Assembly: GCA_902560875.1 (NCBI GenBank)
Contig: CACENO010000004.1
Location: forward strand, 22,451 to 86,450
Direction: 5' to 3'
DNA: 64,000 bases
From: an uncultured Prochlorococcus sp.
GTDB taxonomy: Bacteria; Cyanobacteriota; Cyanobacteriia; PCC-6307; Cyanobiaceae
Below, in pieces: positions 10,610 to 21,397 of the stretch; the first letter of the stretch is position 1; every line of letters begins with the position of its first letter. The position numbers were made by a program, and so were the translations under genes. The notes below the pieces were generated by a model. The model had not been told where the DNA came from and did not search any database. It saw only the letters and a program-made list of their open reading frames with translations.

Positions 10610-11659
10610 GTGATTGAAAATAAAGAACAATTTAAAATCTACCTCAGCAAAATTGGTAGTGGTGAAAAAACCAGTACTGGCTTAACTCGTAAAGAATCTG
10701 CTCATGCTTTAAAACTCATCCTTAAAGGAAAAGCAAGTCCAGCACAAATTGGAGCATTTATGTTGGCTCACCGAATCCGACGGCCTGAACCAAAAGAACT
10801 TGCTGGAATGTTAGATACATATAGAGAACTAGGACCTTTGATTCAATCAAAAGAGGGAAAACGTCGCCCAATTTGTTTCGGAATGCCTTTCGATGGTCGT
10901 ACTCGAACATCACCGATATATCCCTTAACCACCTTAATTCTTCTGCATGCTGGGCAACCTGTTGTTTTACATGGTGGTAACCGCATGCCAGTCAAATACG
11001 GAATTACAACTGCAGAACTCTTTAAAACATTGGGCTTAGACCTCACAGGTCTAACTATTGATCAACTAAATTCTTGCTTTGATAGCACTGGATTAGCACT
11101 AGTCCATCAACCAGACCATTTTTTTCTGGCTGACAACCTCATCACATATCGAGATGAATTAGGTAAGCGTCCTCCAATAGCGAGCATGGAACTCATATGG
11201 ACCGCGCACCAAGGCAAACATCTTTTTATAACTGGCTTTGTCCATCCACCGACTGAAGATAGAGCATGGAAAACACTTGAACTTTTTGGAGAAAAAGAAA
11301 TAATTTCTATCAAAGGGCTAGAGGGAGGAACAGATCTTCCAATTAGTCGTGCTTGCATAACTGCACGTATAAAACACCATCAATGCGAACGAATAATCCT
11401 TCACCCACGTGAACATAAATGCTTTGGAAAAGATTTGGAATGGCGTAATCTTGATGAATGGCGGGATCATGCCTTACTAGCTTTAGAAAATAAAGGACCA
11501 TTAAGACATGCACTTCTTTGGAATACAGGTGTTTATTTATGGTTTGCAGAACTAGCCAAAACCTTAGAAGAAGGACTCAATAAAGCTGAAGAATTTATGT
11601 CTACAAAATCCGCAAAAAAAACATTAGAGAAAATCATTTTATGGAGATCAAATAACTAA
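10610..11659 (+). CDS. Anthranilate-phosphoribosyltransferase-like (glycosyltransferase family 3) protein, CnaT-like
   Basis: KIGSGEKTS, AQIGAFMLAHRIR, FDGRTRT, YRDELGKRPP and GFVHPPTE motifs; lies in the nir locus. Confidence 0.8.
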   Translation: MIENKEQFKIYLSKIGSGEKTSTGLTRKESAHALKLILKGKASPAQIGAFMLAHRIRRPEPKELAGMLDTYRELGPLIQSKEGKRRPICFGMPFDGRTRTSPIYPLTTLILLHAGQPVVLHGGNRMPVKYGITTAELFKTLGLDLTGLTIDQLNSCFDSTGLALVHQPDHFFLADNLITYRDELGKRPPIASMELIWTAHQGKHLFITGFVHPPTEDRAWKTLELFGEKEIISIKGLEGGTDLPISRACITARIKHHQCERIILHPREHKCFGKDLEWRNLDEWRDHALLALENKGPLRHALLWNTGVYLWFAELAKTLEEGLNKAEEFMSTKSAKKTLEKIILWRSNN

Positions 11660-11678
11660 AATTGTATGATTCTAAAAA

Positions 11679-12158
11679 CTATTGAATTAAAATTTTTTCC
11701 ATAAGGTAACGTCGAAAACTAACTCCACCGATTTCAAATGTGTTTGGCCTGATCAGCCTCCAGCCTCGCCGCAAGAGCAATTCATAACTTACAAAACTGG
11801 CTTCAGTAACTAAATGATCTATACCCTCGTCCAAAGCTTCCTGCTCAACTCGATTTAACAACACAGTTGCATGACCTCGACGACTAAAATGACCGCGGCA
11901 ATACAGCAAAGCCAACCGATTCAGAGGGTATCTGACTGCAAATGCAGCAATATTTTGATTCTCAAGGCTTATCCAACCTCGCCCTTCCTTCAAAGGACTG
12001 TCTAAGACACCTGGCAAAAAAGCCAAAGCACTCCATTGGCGAATCTGCTCTTTCGTATATAACGTCGCACATTGCGATTGAATTGCATCTATATAAACCT
12101 CCCTCACTGCCATGTGATCAGACAGTTCCAAAGGTTTTAACTGTTGACTAGGTAACAT
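11679..12158 (-). CDS. GNAT family acetyltransferase
   Basis: LLYCRGHFSRRGHAT acetyl-CoA-binding motif and TEAS...RRGW. Confidence 0.8.
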   Translation of the reverse strand: MLPSQQLKPLELSDHMAVREVYIDAIQSQCATLYTKEQIRQWSALAFLPGVLDSPLKEGRGWISLENQNIAAFAVRYPLNRLALLYCRGHFSRRGHATVLLNRVEQEALDEGIDHLVTEASFVSYELLLRRGWRLIRPNTFEIGGVSFRRYLMEKILIQ

Positions 12159-12201
12159 CTAAATTAAACTCCTAACCCATCAAGTGAACTAGCTATATGG
12201 G

Positions 12202-13500
12202 ATGGTGTTACCAATCCTGATGCGTCTCTCTGTGCAAAGGCCCAAGATCCCAACTCTTCTTAGTGCTTTCATCACACTTCTAAATGATCGGCTAGGCGAA
12301 ACTATCGTTTTTCCCCTCTTACCATTTTTACTAGAACGTTTTTCTAATAATGGAAGCACCCTAGGACTTTTAGCTGGAACTTATGCAATTTCTCAATTCT
12401 CAGCAGCCCCACTTATTGGAGGACTAAGTGATCGTTTTGGTCGAAAACCAATAATAATCACTTGTGTTGCAGGTTCAGTTATTGGACTCAGTTTGTTTGC
12501 CATAACAGTAAGTATCGACTGGAGCAATCGTTTACCAATTTGGGCAACTAGCATCCCTATTTTATTACTCTTTTTAGCTCGAATTATAGATGGAATTAGT
12601 GGAGGGACTGCTGCTACTGCTACAGCTGTGCTAGCTGATATTTCAACACCAGAAAACCGTGCAAAAACTTTTGGTCTTATTGGCGTTGCTTTTGGATTGG
12701 GCTTTATTCTTGGACCAGGACTAGGGACAACTCTTGCAAAATATAGTGTAACTCTACCTGTTTGGGCTGCTACGCTCTTTGCACTCACTAATTTAGCTTT
12801 AGTAATCTGGATACTTCCTGAAACTCTTCCACTTACAAAACGAAGTTCTGTCCTTAGCAAAAAAGAACTAAATCCCTTTAGCCAGCTAAGTCTAGTTTTT
12901 AGAAATCCTTTATCTAGAAGATTATGCCTTGCTTTCTTTATGTTTTTTATGGCCTTTAATGGTTTCACTGCCGTTTTAGTCTTATATTTAAAAGATGCAT
13001 TTAACTGGACACCTCAACTATCAAGCCAAGCTTTTATAATTGTCGGTGTTGTAGCAATGATAGTACAAGGAATATTAATTGGTCCTTTAGTCAGTCGATT
13101 TGGCGAATCTCGCTTAAATTTAATGGGAATTGGATTTGTAATTGCAGGCTGCATTCTTTTAACTCTAGCAAATAAAGAGAATTCAATCTCTATGGTTTTT
13201 AGTGCAGTAGCTGTTCTCGCTGTAGGAACGGGATTAGTAACACCATGCCTTAGAGCTTTAATTTCTCGAAGATTAAATTCAGCTGGCCAAGGAGTTGTAC
13301 TAGGAAGTCTTCAAGGCTTGCAAAGTTTAGGTACTTTTTTAGGGGCTAGTATGGCAGGTATTTCTTATGATCTATTAGGACAAAAAAGTCCTTTTTATGG
13401 AACTACTTTTATCTTGCTACTAGTCATTACTTTAATTTCTGAAAATGGCTTAACTAATGAGAAGCATGCTTACCTAAACAAGCAAAAAACAACTTTTTAA
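12202..13500 (+). CDS. MFS transporter (TetA-like drug:H+ antiporter family)
   Basis: GGLSDRFGRKP motif A, RIIDGISGG and GFILGP; about 12 hydrophobic segments. Confidence 0.9.
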   Translation: MVLPILMRLSVQRPKIPTLLSAFITLLNDRLGETIVFPLLPFLLERFSNNGSTLGLLAGTYAISQFSAAPLIGGLSDRFGRKPIIITCVAGSVIGLSLFAITVSIDWSNRLPIWATSIPILLLFLARIIDGISGGTAATATAVLADISTPENRAKTFGLIGVAFGLGFILGPGLGTTLAKYSVTLPVWAATLFALTNLALVIWILPETLPLTKRSSVLSKKELNPFSQLSLVFRNPLSRRLCLAFFMFFMAFNGFTAVLVLYLKDAFNWTPQLSSQAFIIVGVVAMIVQGILIGPLVSRFGESRLNLMGIGFVIAGCILLTLANKENSISMVFSAVAVLAVGTGLVTPCLRALISRRLNSAGQGVVLGSLQGLQSLGTFLGASMAGISYDLLGQKSPFYGTTFILLLVITLISENGLTNEKHAYLNKQKTTF

Positions 13501-13551
13501 TCAAAGCTTGCTATCTTGTTGTTAATACCAACAAACTACCCATATGGATAA

Positions 13552-15669
13552 ATGACATCAAAACACAAAGCAAATTTGAAATACATCAACCGTGAACTTA
13601 GTTGGATCAACTTCAACAAAAGAGTATTATCACAAGCCCTAGACTCAAGAACACCATTACTTGAACAAGCCAAATTCAGTGCCATTTTTAGCAACAATCT
13701 AGATGAATTTTTCATGGTGCGTGTCGCCTCACTTAAAGCACAAGTAGAAGCAAAAATAACAAAGACAAGTGACGATGGGAAAACACCACAAGAGCAACTT
13801 AAAAATATCCGAAGTGATCTGATGCCTATACTTAGGCAACAACAAAAACACTACATAGAAGGTCTTAAAAAAAATCTATTAAAAGAAAATATCCATATAG
13901 TTAACTATAAAGATTTAAATGAAAGAGAGCAAAACTGGATTGATAACTATTTCAAGTCAGCGATTTTTCCAGTCCTTACACCACTTGCCGTTGATCAAGC
14001 ACATCCATTCCCATTTGTTAGTAACCTAAGTTTAAATGTTGCAGCGTTCATAGTAGAACCGGAAACTAATCAAAAACAATTTGCAAGAGTAAAAATACCT
14101 CAAAAGACAATGCCAAGGTTTATTCCAATTCCAGCAGAATTAAGCAATAAAAAACCTAATCCTATCCATACTGCGATTCCTATTGAAGAAGTAATTGCAT
14201 TCAATCTCAGAATGCTCTTTCCTGGAATGATCATTGAAAACCAATGTTTTTTTCGAGTTACAAGAGATGCTGATCTAGAGCTACGAGAAATTGAAGCAGA
14301 TGACTTAATGAGTGCACTTGAAGAAGGACTACGAAAACGTCGAATTGGAGGAGAAGTTGTACGGCTTGAAGTCTCCGAAAAGATGCCAAAAGAAATTTTA
14401 GAATTACTTATAGAAGGTATGGATGTAAAGGAAGAAGACTTATATGAAGTTCAAGGGTTACTAGGAACAGATGAATTGCTTGATTTAACAAAGATAAACG
14501 TACCTCATTTAAAAAATAATCCCTATAACGGTCTAACTCCCCATTTACTAAAAAATAGTCAAAAGAACTTACTCGAAGACGGTTCCATTAAACAAGAAGA
14601 GTTTAAAAGTATCTTCTCAATTATTCGTCGGCAAGATCTGCTCCTTCACCATCCATATGATCTCTTCGGCACTTCAGTCGAAGAATTCATCAATCAGGCT
14701 GCTGACGATCAGTTGGTCATGGGAATTAAAATGACTCTATATCGAATATCTAAAGATTCGCCGATTATCGCAGCATTGATTCGTGCAGCCGAAAATGGGA
14801 AACAAGTGATGGCTCTTGTGGAGTTAAAAGCACGTTTTGATGAAGATAATAATATTCAATGGGCTAAGTATCTTGAACAATCTGGAGTGCATGTTGTCTA
14901 TGGTGTTCTCGGTTTAAAAACACATACTAAGATAGCTTTAGTAGTCCGCAAAGAGAAAGAAAGGTTACGCAGTTACTTTCATATTGGAACAGGAAATTAC
15001 AATTCAAAAACATCTAAATTATATACAGATCTTGGATTACTATCTGCACAACCAGAGATAGGGGAAGATCTAGTTGAGCTATTTAATTATCTAACTGGAT
15101 TTTCAAAGCAAAAATCTTATCGAAAATTATTAGTAGCACCAACCACACTTCGTAAAGGCATGGAAGATTTAATTAATAGAGAAATTATGCACGCGAAAAA
15201 CAATAAAAAAGGTCATATTAAAGCCAAAATGAATTCACTTGTAGATTCTAAAATTATAAATTTGCTTTATGAAGCATCAAAGCATGGAGTAAAAGTCGAA
15301 CTGATTGTTCGAGGGATGTGTTGCCTAATCCCTAACCAGAAAGGTCTAAGCGAAAATATTACAGTCATTAGCATTATTGGACAATTTCTTGAACACTCAC
15401 GTATTTTTTGGTTCGCAAATAATGGCAACTCAGAAGCTTACTTAGGCAGTGCTGACTGGATGAGAAGAAACCTAGATAGACGTATAGAGGCTGTAACACC
15501 TATCGAATCTCCACAGCTCAAAAAAAAGCTTGAAAAATTACTAGAAATTTATTTGCATGACAATCGACAGGCATGGGAAATGCAAAACAATGGGGAATTT
15601 ATTCAACGCAAACCCAAAGAAGAGTCAAAATGCAGCCAAACCCAATTAATCGAAATTTGGCATAAATAA
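13552..15669 (+). CDS. ppk1: Polyphosphate kinase 1
   Basis: YINRELSW, NLDEFFMVRV, HPFPF, LLHHPY, ELKARFDE and GSADWMRRNLDRRIE motifs. Confidence 0.98.
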   Translation: MTSKHKANLKYINRELSWINFNKRVLSQALDSRTPLLEQAKFSAIFSNNLDEFFMVRVASLKAQVEAKITKTSDDGKTPQEQLKNIRSDLMPILRQQQKHYIEGLKKNLLKENIHIVNYKDLNEREQNWIDNYFKSAIFPVLTPLAVDQAHPFPFVSNLSLNVAAFIVEPETNQKQFARVKIPQKTMPRFIPIPAELSNKKPNPIHTAIPIEEVIAFNLRMLFPGMIIENQCFFRVTRDADLELREIEADDLMSALEEGLRKRRIGGEVVRLEVSEKMPKEILELLIEGMDVKEEDLYEVQGLLGTDELLDLTKINVPHLKNNPYNGLTPHLLKNSQKNLLEDGSIKQEEFKSIFSIIRRQDLLLHHPYDLFGTSVEEFINQAADDQLVMGIKMTLYRISKDSPIIAALIRAAENGKQVMALVELKARFDEDNNIQWAKYLEQSGVHVVYGVLGLKTHTKIALVVRKEKERLRSYFHIGTGNYNSKTSKLYTDLGLLSAQPEIGEDLVELFNYLTGFSKQKSYRKLLVAPTTLRKGMEDLINREIMHAKNNKKGHIKAKMNSLVDSKIINLLYEASKHGVKVELIVRGMCCLIPNQKGLSENITVISIIGQFLEHSRIFWFANNGNSEAYLGSADWMRRNLDRRIEAVTPIESPQLKKKLEKLLEIYLHDNRQAWEMQNNGEFIQRKPKEESKCSQTQLIEIWHK

Positions 15670-15885
15670 CAAAGCAAAAATACTCAAAGAGAACCAACAA
15701 CTTGTTTAATTGCTCAATTAGCTGATTTTCAATAATTAAATTAGGTATTTATTTTGCGTCTTTTACCTAGAAGAAACAATTCATATGCGCTTTTTTCAGA
15801 GGTTACTGAAAGATTTCCAATTTAATGTGTCTACTTTGGTTGATAAGTGCTAAATTCCGGCCAAATCTAATATTAGGAGGCCAGG

Positions 15886-16914
15886 GTGATGGGGATCTCT
15901 CTGGAATCTACACAAGTAACTTCTAGTGCAAAATCACTAGATACTGTGTCGACATCTAAGAAAAAACAGCGTGGGGATAAAGCCAATCGAGGCAGCAATG
16001 CCTCGCGAAGTAACCAACGTAACAGTGGTCGTCTTGGCACTGACGCAATCGGCTTTTACTTAAGCACTATCGGAAGAGTTCCTCTTCTCACACCAGCAGA
16101 AGAAATAGAACTGGCTCATCATGTCCAAAAGATGAAAAAGTTATTAGAACTTCCCTCAGAAGAGCAAACAAGACGTCAACGACATCAAATCCGTATGGGT
16201 AAGCGAGCTAGAGATCGCATGATGTCTGCAAATCTTCGTTTGGTAGTGAGTGTTGCCAAAAAATATCAAAATCAAGGCTTAGAACTACTTGATTTAGTTC
16301 AAGAAGGAGCTATTGGTCTAGAAAGAGCAGTTGATAAATTTGATCCTGCAATGGGTTATAAGTTTTCAACTTATGCCTATTGGTGGATTCGACAAGGAAT
16401 GACTCGAGCCATTGATAACAGTGCACGAACTATTCGATTGCCAATTCATATCAGTGAAAAACTATCCAAAATGAGACGCATATCAAGAGAGTTGTCTCAT
16501 CGATTTGGCCGTCAACCAAATCGCTTAGAACTTGCTCATGCGATGGGAGTGGAGCCGCAAGATCTTGAAGACCTTGTAGCGCAAAGTGCTCCATGTGCTT
16601 CGCTTGATGCTCATGCAAGGGGCGAAGAAGATAGGAGTACTCTTGGGGAACTTATCCCAGACCCTAACTGTGATGAACCGATGGAAGGTATGGATCGCAG
16701 TATTCAAAAAGAGCATTTAGGTGGCTGGCTGTCTCAACTGAATGAAAGAGAACAAAAGATATTACGTTTAAGATTTGGACTAGATGGAGAAGAGCCTTTA
16801 ACGCTTGCAGAAATTGGTCGGCAAATAAATGTATCTAGAGAACGTGTAAGACAATTAGAAGCAAAAGCTATTCTCAAATTACGAGTAATGACAACACATC
16901 AACAAGCTGCTTGA
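15886..16914 (+). CDS. Group 2 RNA polymerase sigma-70 factor
   Basis: ANLRLVVSVAKKY, DLVQEG, KFSTYAYWWIRQ and SRERVRQLE; lacks region 1.1. taggagg RBS upstream. Confidence 0.95.
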   Translation: MMGISLESTQVTSSAKSLDTVSTSKKKQRGDKANRGSNASRSNQRNSGRLGTDAIGFYLSTIGRVPLLTPAEEIELAHHVQKMKKLLELPSEEQTRRQRHQIRMGKRARDRMMSANLRLVVSVAKKYQNQGLELLDLVQEGAIGLERAVDKFDPAMGYKFSTYAYWWIRQGMTRAIDNSARTIRLPIHISEKLSKMRRISRELSHRFGRQPNRLELAHAMGVEPQDLEDLVAQSAPCASLDAHARGEEDRSTLGELIPDPNCDEPMEGMDRSIQKEHLGGWLSQLNEREQKILRLRFGLDGEEPLTLAEIGRQINVSRERVRQLEAKAILKLRVMTTHQQAA

Positions 16915-16920
16915 ATAAAT

Positions 16921-17571
16921 TTGGGAAATATAAATTCGATATTAATTATAATCAGTTGGATATTAGTTGTTCTAGCAATTGCTGGCTTTTGCAGACGTAT
17001 TTTTCCAAATCAAAAGGAATTAAGTCGCAAGATCGTCCACATAGGAACTGGCCCTGTGATCCCTTTAGCGTGGTTATTGGAAATACCTACAACAGTAGCA
17101 ACTTCTGTAGCTACATTAATTACTATTTGCTTAATAATCAATAATCGACTACGTCTACTACCCGCCCTCGAAGATATAAATCGGCAAAGCTATGGGACAA
17201 TCGCTTATGGTTTCAGCATTACTTTTTTACTAATATTCTTTTGGCCTGAACATGCTGCTGCAGTAAGCACAGGAGTTCTAGTAATGGCTTTTGGAGATGG
17301 ATTCGCAGGGTTAATAGGGCGTCAAGTTAATTCACCAAGTTGGACAGTCTTTCGACAACGAAAATCGACAGCAGGGACATTAACTATGGCATTAATGGGA
17401 GTTATTGTAGTGACCCTTATCTCAAAATTGAGTGGATTTGACTTGCATCCACTACAAATTCTTTTAATTAGTTGTATCGGTGTCGCTCTTGAACAATTAA
17501 GTCTATGGGGTATTGACAACATAACAGTGCCTATAGGGGTAACCTGTAGCGTGATATGGCTCAATAGCTAA
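16921..17571 (+). CDS. Polyprenol (phytol/dolichol) kinase family membrane protein
   Basis: SRKIVHIG, MAFGDGFAGLIG, KSTAG and IDNITVP motifs. Confidence 0.85.
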   Translation: MGNINSILIIISWILVVLAIAGFCRRIFPNQKELSRKIVHIGTGPVIPLAWLLEIPTTVATSVATLITICLIINNRLRLLPALEDINRQSYGTIAYGFSITFLLIFFWPEHAAAVSTGVLVMAFGDGFAGLIGRQVNSPSWTVFRQRKSTAGTLTMALMGVIVVTLISKLSGFDLHPLQILLISCIGVALEQLSLWGIDNITVPIGVTCSVIWLNS

Positions 17572-17599
17572 CGATTTGACTATAAAAATTCCACAATTA

Positions 17600-18643
17600 T
17601 TAAAGTAATGAAGATGCCAATTCCTCAAGCAAATTAGCAGTTGTATTTATATCAATACATGCATCTGTAATGCTTTGCCCATAAGAAAGTGTCGATAAGT
17701 CAGAAACAAGTTTTTGATTTCCTTCTACAAGATGACTTTCCAACATCACGCCCATGACATGCTGTGAACCATTCTTCACTTGCTCAGCAACAACCCTAAG
17801 GACATCAGCTTGTTTTCGATAATCTTTATTGGAATTGCCATGACTACAATCAACCATAAGTCGACCAGGTAAATTAACTAATTCAAGCTCTCTTGCAACA
17901 GAATTAACCGCTTCACAATGATAATTAGTCCCGCTTTTGCCTCCTCTTAAAACGAGGTGACCATCAGGGTTCCCAGTAGTACTAACTATTGATGCTTTTC
18001 CTTCCTGATTAATTCCAAGAAAATGGTGCGGTTTAGAAGCAGCTTGCATGGCATTAATAGCAATAGCCGCTGTACCATCTGTACCATTCTTATATCCAAT
18101 AGGCATAGATAAGCCTGAGGCCATTTCTCGATGAGTTTGACTTTCAGTAGTTCTTGCACCAATTGCGGTCCAACTAATAAGATCAGCAATATATTGAGGA
18201 ACTACTGGGTCCAATAATTCAGTTGCAGCTGGCATCCCTGCACGTGCCAAATCCAACAACAAAGACCTTGCTATTCTCAAACCCGTATTAATATCATAAG
18301 AACCATCCAAATGCGGATCATTAATTAGTCCTTTCCAACCAACAGTTGTCCTAGGTTTTTCAAAATAAACACGCATTACAACCTCAAGTTGATCAGCATA
18401 CAAATCTCGAAAAGGCCTTAATTGCTCTGCATAGTCCTTTGCAGCTTCAATATCATGAATAGAGCAAGGTCCAACAATGACCAATAAGCGAGAATCTTGG
18501 CCTTTTAAAATCGATTGGATCCTTTTGCGTGCTAATGAGACTGTCTTAGTTGCAATCGAATCTATAGGCAAATCTTGATGTAAAAAGGCCGGAGGAACGA
18601 GTGGTCGAGTATCCACCACATGTAAATCGGATGTGGTGGTCAT
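17600..18643 (-). CDS. aroF: DAHP synthase (class I-alpha)
   Basis: GPCSIHD, RVYFEKPRTTVGWKG, IGARTTESQTHR and DCSHGNS motifs. Confidence 0.93.
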   Translation of the reverse strand: MTTTSDLHVVDTRPLVPPAFLHQDLPIDSIATKTVSLARKRIQSILKGQDSRLLVIVGPCSIHDIEAAKDYAEQLRPFRDLYADQLEVVMRVYFEKPRTTVGWKGLINDPHLDGSYDINTGLRIARSLLLDLARAGMPAATELLDPVVPQYIADLISWTAIGARTTESQTHREMASGLSMPIGYKNGTDGTAAIAINAMQAASKPHHFLGINQEGKASIVSTTGNPDGHLVLRGGKSGTNYHCEAVNSVARELELVNLPGRLMVDCSHGNSNKDYRKQADVLRVVAEQVKNGSQHVMGVMLESHLVEGNQKLVSDLSTLSYGQSITDACIDINTTANLLEELASSLL

Positions 18644-18788
18644 TTACTCTCCTTAGTCAGCACTATTAAGCCTAAGGAAAATATAAGCTTCAGGCATCAG
18701 GAACTTGTATTTCAGCATCAAACTCCCGCAGCATGGGAAAGTAGGAAAGGAACCTTGAGGCTTGTTCCACATTGCTAAGGAGTAAAAA

Positions 18789-21386
18789 ATGCTGAGTGCC
18801 TATCGTCAGCTCGCTGCAGAACGTGAAGCCCTAGGTATACCAGCGCTTCCTCTAACTGCAGAACAAACACAGGCCTTAACGGATCTTTTAGAAAACCCTC
18901 CTGAACAAGAAGGTCAAGAACTTTTAAATCTTTTAGCGAATCGAATTCCACCAGGAGTGGACGAAGCTGCATATGTGAAGGCTAGTTGGCTGAGTTCAAT
19001 CGCAAATGGAAATACCAAAAGTCCATTAGTTGATCCTTTGGAAGCGACCAAACTGCTAGGAACGATGATAGGGGGGTATAACGTTGCAGCCTTAATTGAA
19101 ATCCTAAAAAATGAAGACCAAGATCTTGCTATATGTGCAGCAAATGGACTAAGTCACACTTTATTAGTCTATGACGCAGTTAATGATGTCATGGAACTAT
19201 CAGCAACTAATCGTTTTGCTAAGCAAGTTATTGATAACTGGGCAAATGGCGATTGGTTTACTTTTAAGAAACCTCTCGCTAAAGAAATAATTACGACTGT
19301 TTTTAAAGTCGCAGGTGAAACAAACACTGATGATCTTTCACCAGCTACACACGCAACTACTCGGCCAGATATTCCTCTGCATGCATTGGCAATGTTAGAA
19401 ACTAGAGAAGAAAAAGGAATAAGTATTATCAAATCATTAAAACAAAAAGGATACCCAATTTCATATGCAGGTGATGTAGTTGGAACTGGAAGTTCACGCA
19501 AGTCAGCGATTAATTCACTGCTATGGCACATTGGTAAAAATATTCCCTATGTACCTAACAAACGTACTGGTGGAGTTATCCTAGGTGGCAAAATTGCACC
19601 AATATTTTTTAATACAGCTGAAGACTCCGGTTCTCTTCCTATAGAATGTGATATAAGCAAATTGAACACAGGTGATGTAATTAAGATTAATACAATAGAT
19701 GGAACAATTACAAAAATTGCTGACAATAAACAAGAAGAATTAGTGTCTAGATTTGATCTGCAACCAATAACTATTAAAGATGAAGTTCGTGCAGGTGGTC
19801 GAATACCATTAATGATTGGCAGAGCTTTAACAGATAAAGTTAGAGAAAAGCTAGGTCTCGAACCTTCCGATTTATTTATTCGTCCAAGAGAAGCTAAAGA
19901 AGCTAAAGAAGGATTCACACAAGCACAAAAAATAGTTGGTAAAGCATGCGGGCTTAAGGGGATTCATCCAGGAACTAGTTGTGAACCAGTGATCACAACT
20001 GTTGGTAGTCAAGACACAACAGGGCCAATGACTCGTGATGAGATGAAAGAACTTGCTTGTCTTGGTTTTTCCGCTGACTTGGTGATGCAGAGCTTTTGCC
20101 ATACAGCTGCTTATCCAAAACCCGTAGATATAAAAACTCAAAAAGAATTACCAGATTTCTTTGCAGAACGTGGAGGTGTCGCACTCAGGCCAGGCGATGG
20201 AATAATTCACAGCTGGCTCAATCGTATGCTTTTGCCAGATACAGTAGGCACAGGTGGTGATAGCCATACACGTTTTCCATTAGGAATTTCATTCCCTGGT
20301 GGATCTGGAATTGTCGCATTTGCCGCTGCAATAGGTGCAATGCCACTTGACATGCCGGAATCAGTATTAGTTCGTTTTAAAGGGTCATTACAAGATGGCA
20401 TAACACTAAGAGATGTTGTTAATGCAATACCCTGGATGGCAATCCAAAAAGGATTATTAACAGTAGACAAAGCAAATAAAAAAAATATTTTTAATGGAAA
20501 GATTATGGAAATTGAAGGCTTACCAGATTTAAAACTTGAACAAGCCTTTGAACTTACAGATGCAAGTGCAGAAAGATCATGTGCAGGTTGTACAATACAG
20601 CTATCTGAGAAGACAATTAGAGAATATCTTCTTAGCAATATCGCACTACTAAAAAATATGATTTCAAGAGGGTATCAAGAAGCAAGAACCCTAAGCAGAA
20701 GAATAAAGGCTATGGAAAAATGGCTTTCGAAACCAGAATTACTTTGTGCTGACTCAACTGCAAACTATTCAGAAATCCTAGAAATTGATCTTAATGAATT
20801 AACTGAACCAATTGTTGCCTGTCCAAATGACCCAGACAAAGTAAAGCTGCTTAGCGAAGTTGCTGGTGATTCGATCCAAGAAGTTTTTATAGGTTCATGC
20901 ATGACAAATATTGGTCATTATCGTGCTGCAGCCAAAGTTCTTGAAGGGGCAAACAAAACTCAAGCAAAACTTTGGGTTTGTCCTCCAACTCGCATGGACG
21001 AAGAAATACTCAAAAAAGAAGGCTATTACAAAATTTTCGAGGCAGCTGGTAGTCGACTAGAAATGCCTGGATGTTCTCTTTGTATGGGCAATCAAGCAAG
21101 AGTCGAAGACAACGCCACAGTGTTTTCAACAAGTACCCGTAATTTCAACAATCGTCTAGGGCAAGGAGCTCAGGTCTATCTTGGGAGTGCTGAGCTTGCT
21201 GCAGTTTGTGCTCTTATTGGGCACATACCTAGCCCAGAGGAATATCAAACAATTGCTGGACAAAAAATTACACCTATATCTAATGATCTTTATAGATATC
21301 TAAACTTCCATCAACTTGAAGAATTTAGTAATCAAGATGGACTAATTAATAGCTCTCAAGGAAAAGAAACATTAACAAATATCTGA
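18789..21386 (+). CDS. acnB: Aconitate hydratase B
   Basis: PPGVDEAAYVKA, GTGSSRKSA, SQDTTGPMTRDE and PGCSLCMGNQ motifs; taaggag RBS. Confidence 0.98.
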   Translation: MLSAYRQLAAEREALGIPALPLTAEQTQALTDLLENPPEQEGQELLNLLANRIPPGVDEAAYVKASWLSSIANGNTKSPLVDPLEATKLLGTMIGGYNVAALIEILKNEDQDLAICAANGLSHTLLVYDAVNDVMELSATNRFAKQVIDNWANGDWFTFKKPLAKEIITTVFKVAGETNTDDLSPATHATTRPDIPLHALAMLETREEKGISIIKSLKQKGYPISYAGDVVGTGSSRKSAINSLLWHIGKNIPYVPNKRTGGVILGGKIAPIFFNTAEDSGSLPIECDISKLNTGDVIKINTIDGTITKIADNKQEELVSRFDLQPITIKDEVRAGGRIPLMIGRALTDKVREKLGLEPSDLFIRPREAKEAKEGFTQAQKIVGKACGLKGIHPGTSCEPVITTVGSQDTTGPMTRDEMKELACLGFSADLVMQSFCHTAAYPKPVDIKTQKELPDFFAERGGVALRPGDGIIHSWLNRMLLPDTVGTGGDSHTRFPLGISFPGGSGIVAFAAAIGAMPLDMPESVLVRFKGSLQDGITLRDVVNAIPWMAIQKGLLTVDKANKKNIFNGKIMEIEGLPDLKLEQAFELTDASAERSCAGCTIQLSEKTIREYLLSNIALLKNMISRGYQEARTLSRRIKAMEKWLSKPELLCADSTANYSEILEIDLNELTEPIVACPNDPDKVKLLSEVAGDSIQEVFIGSCMTNIGHYRAAAKVLEGANKTQAKLWVCPPTRMDEEILKKEGYYKIFEAAGSRLEMPGCSLCMGNQARVEDNATVFSTSTRNFNNRLGQGAQVYLGSAELAAVCALIGHIPSPEEYQTIAGQKITPISNDLYRYLNFHQLEEFSNQDGLINSSQGKETLTNI

Positions 21387-21397
21387 TGAGTTCTTAA

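Noticed and set aside
15845-15853. aagtgctaa, resembling a CIRCE half-site upstream of the sigma factor gene
   Set aside because: There is no matching TTAGCACTC left arm at the 9-nt spacing.
18643-18788. Inverted repeat ctccttag ... ctaaggag across the aroF/acnB spacer
   Set aside because: Explained by the Shine-Dalgarno sequences of the two divergent genes.
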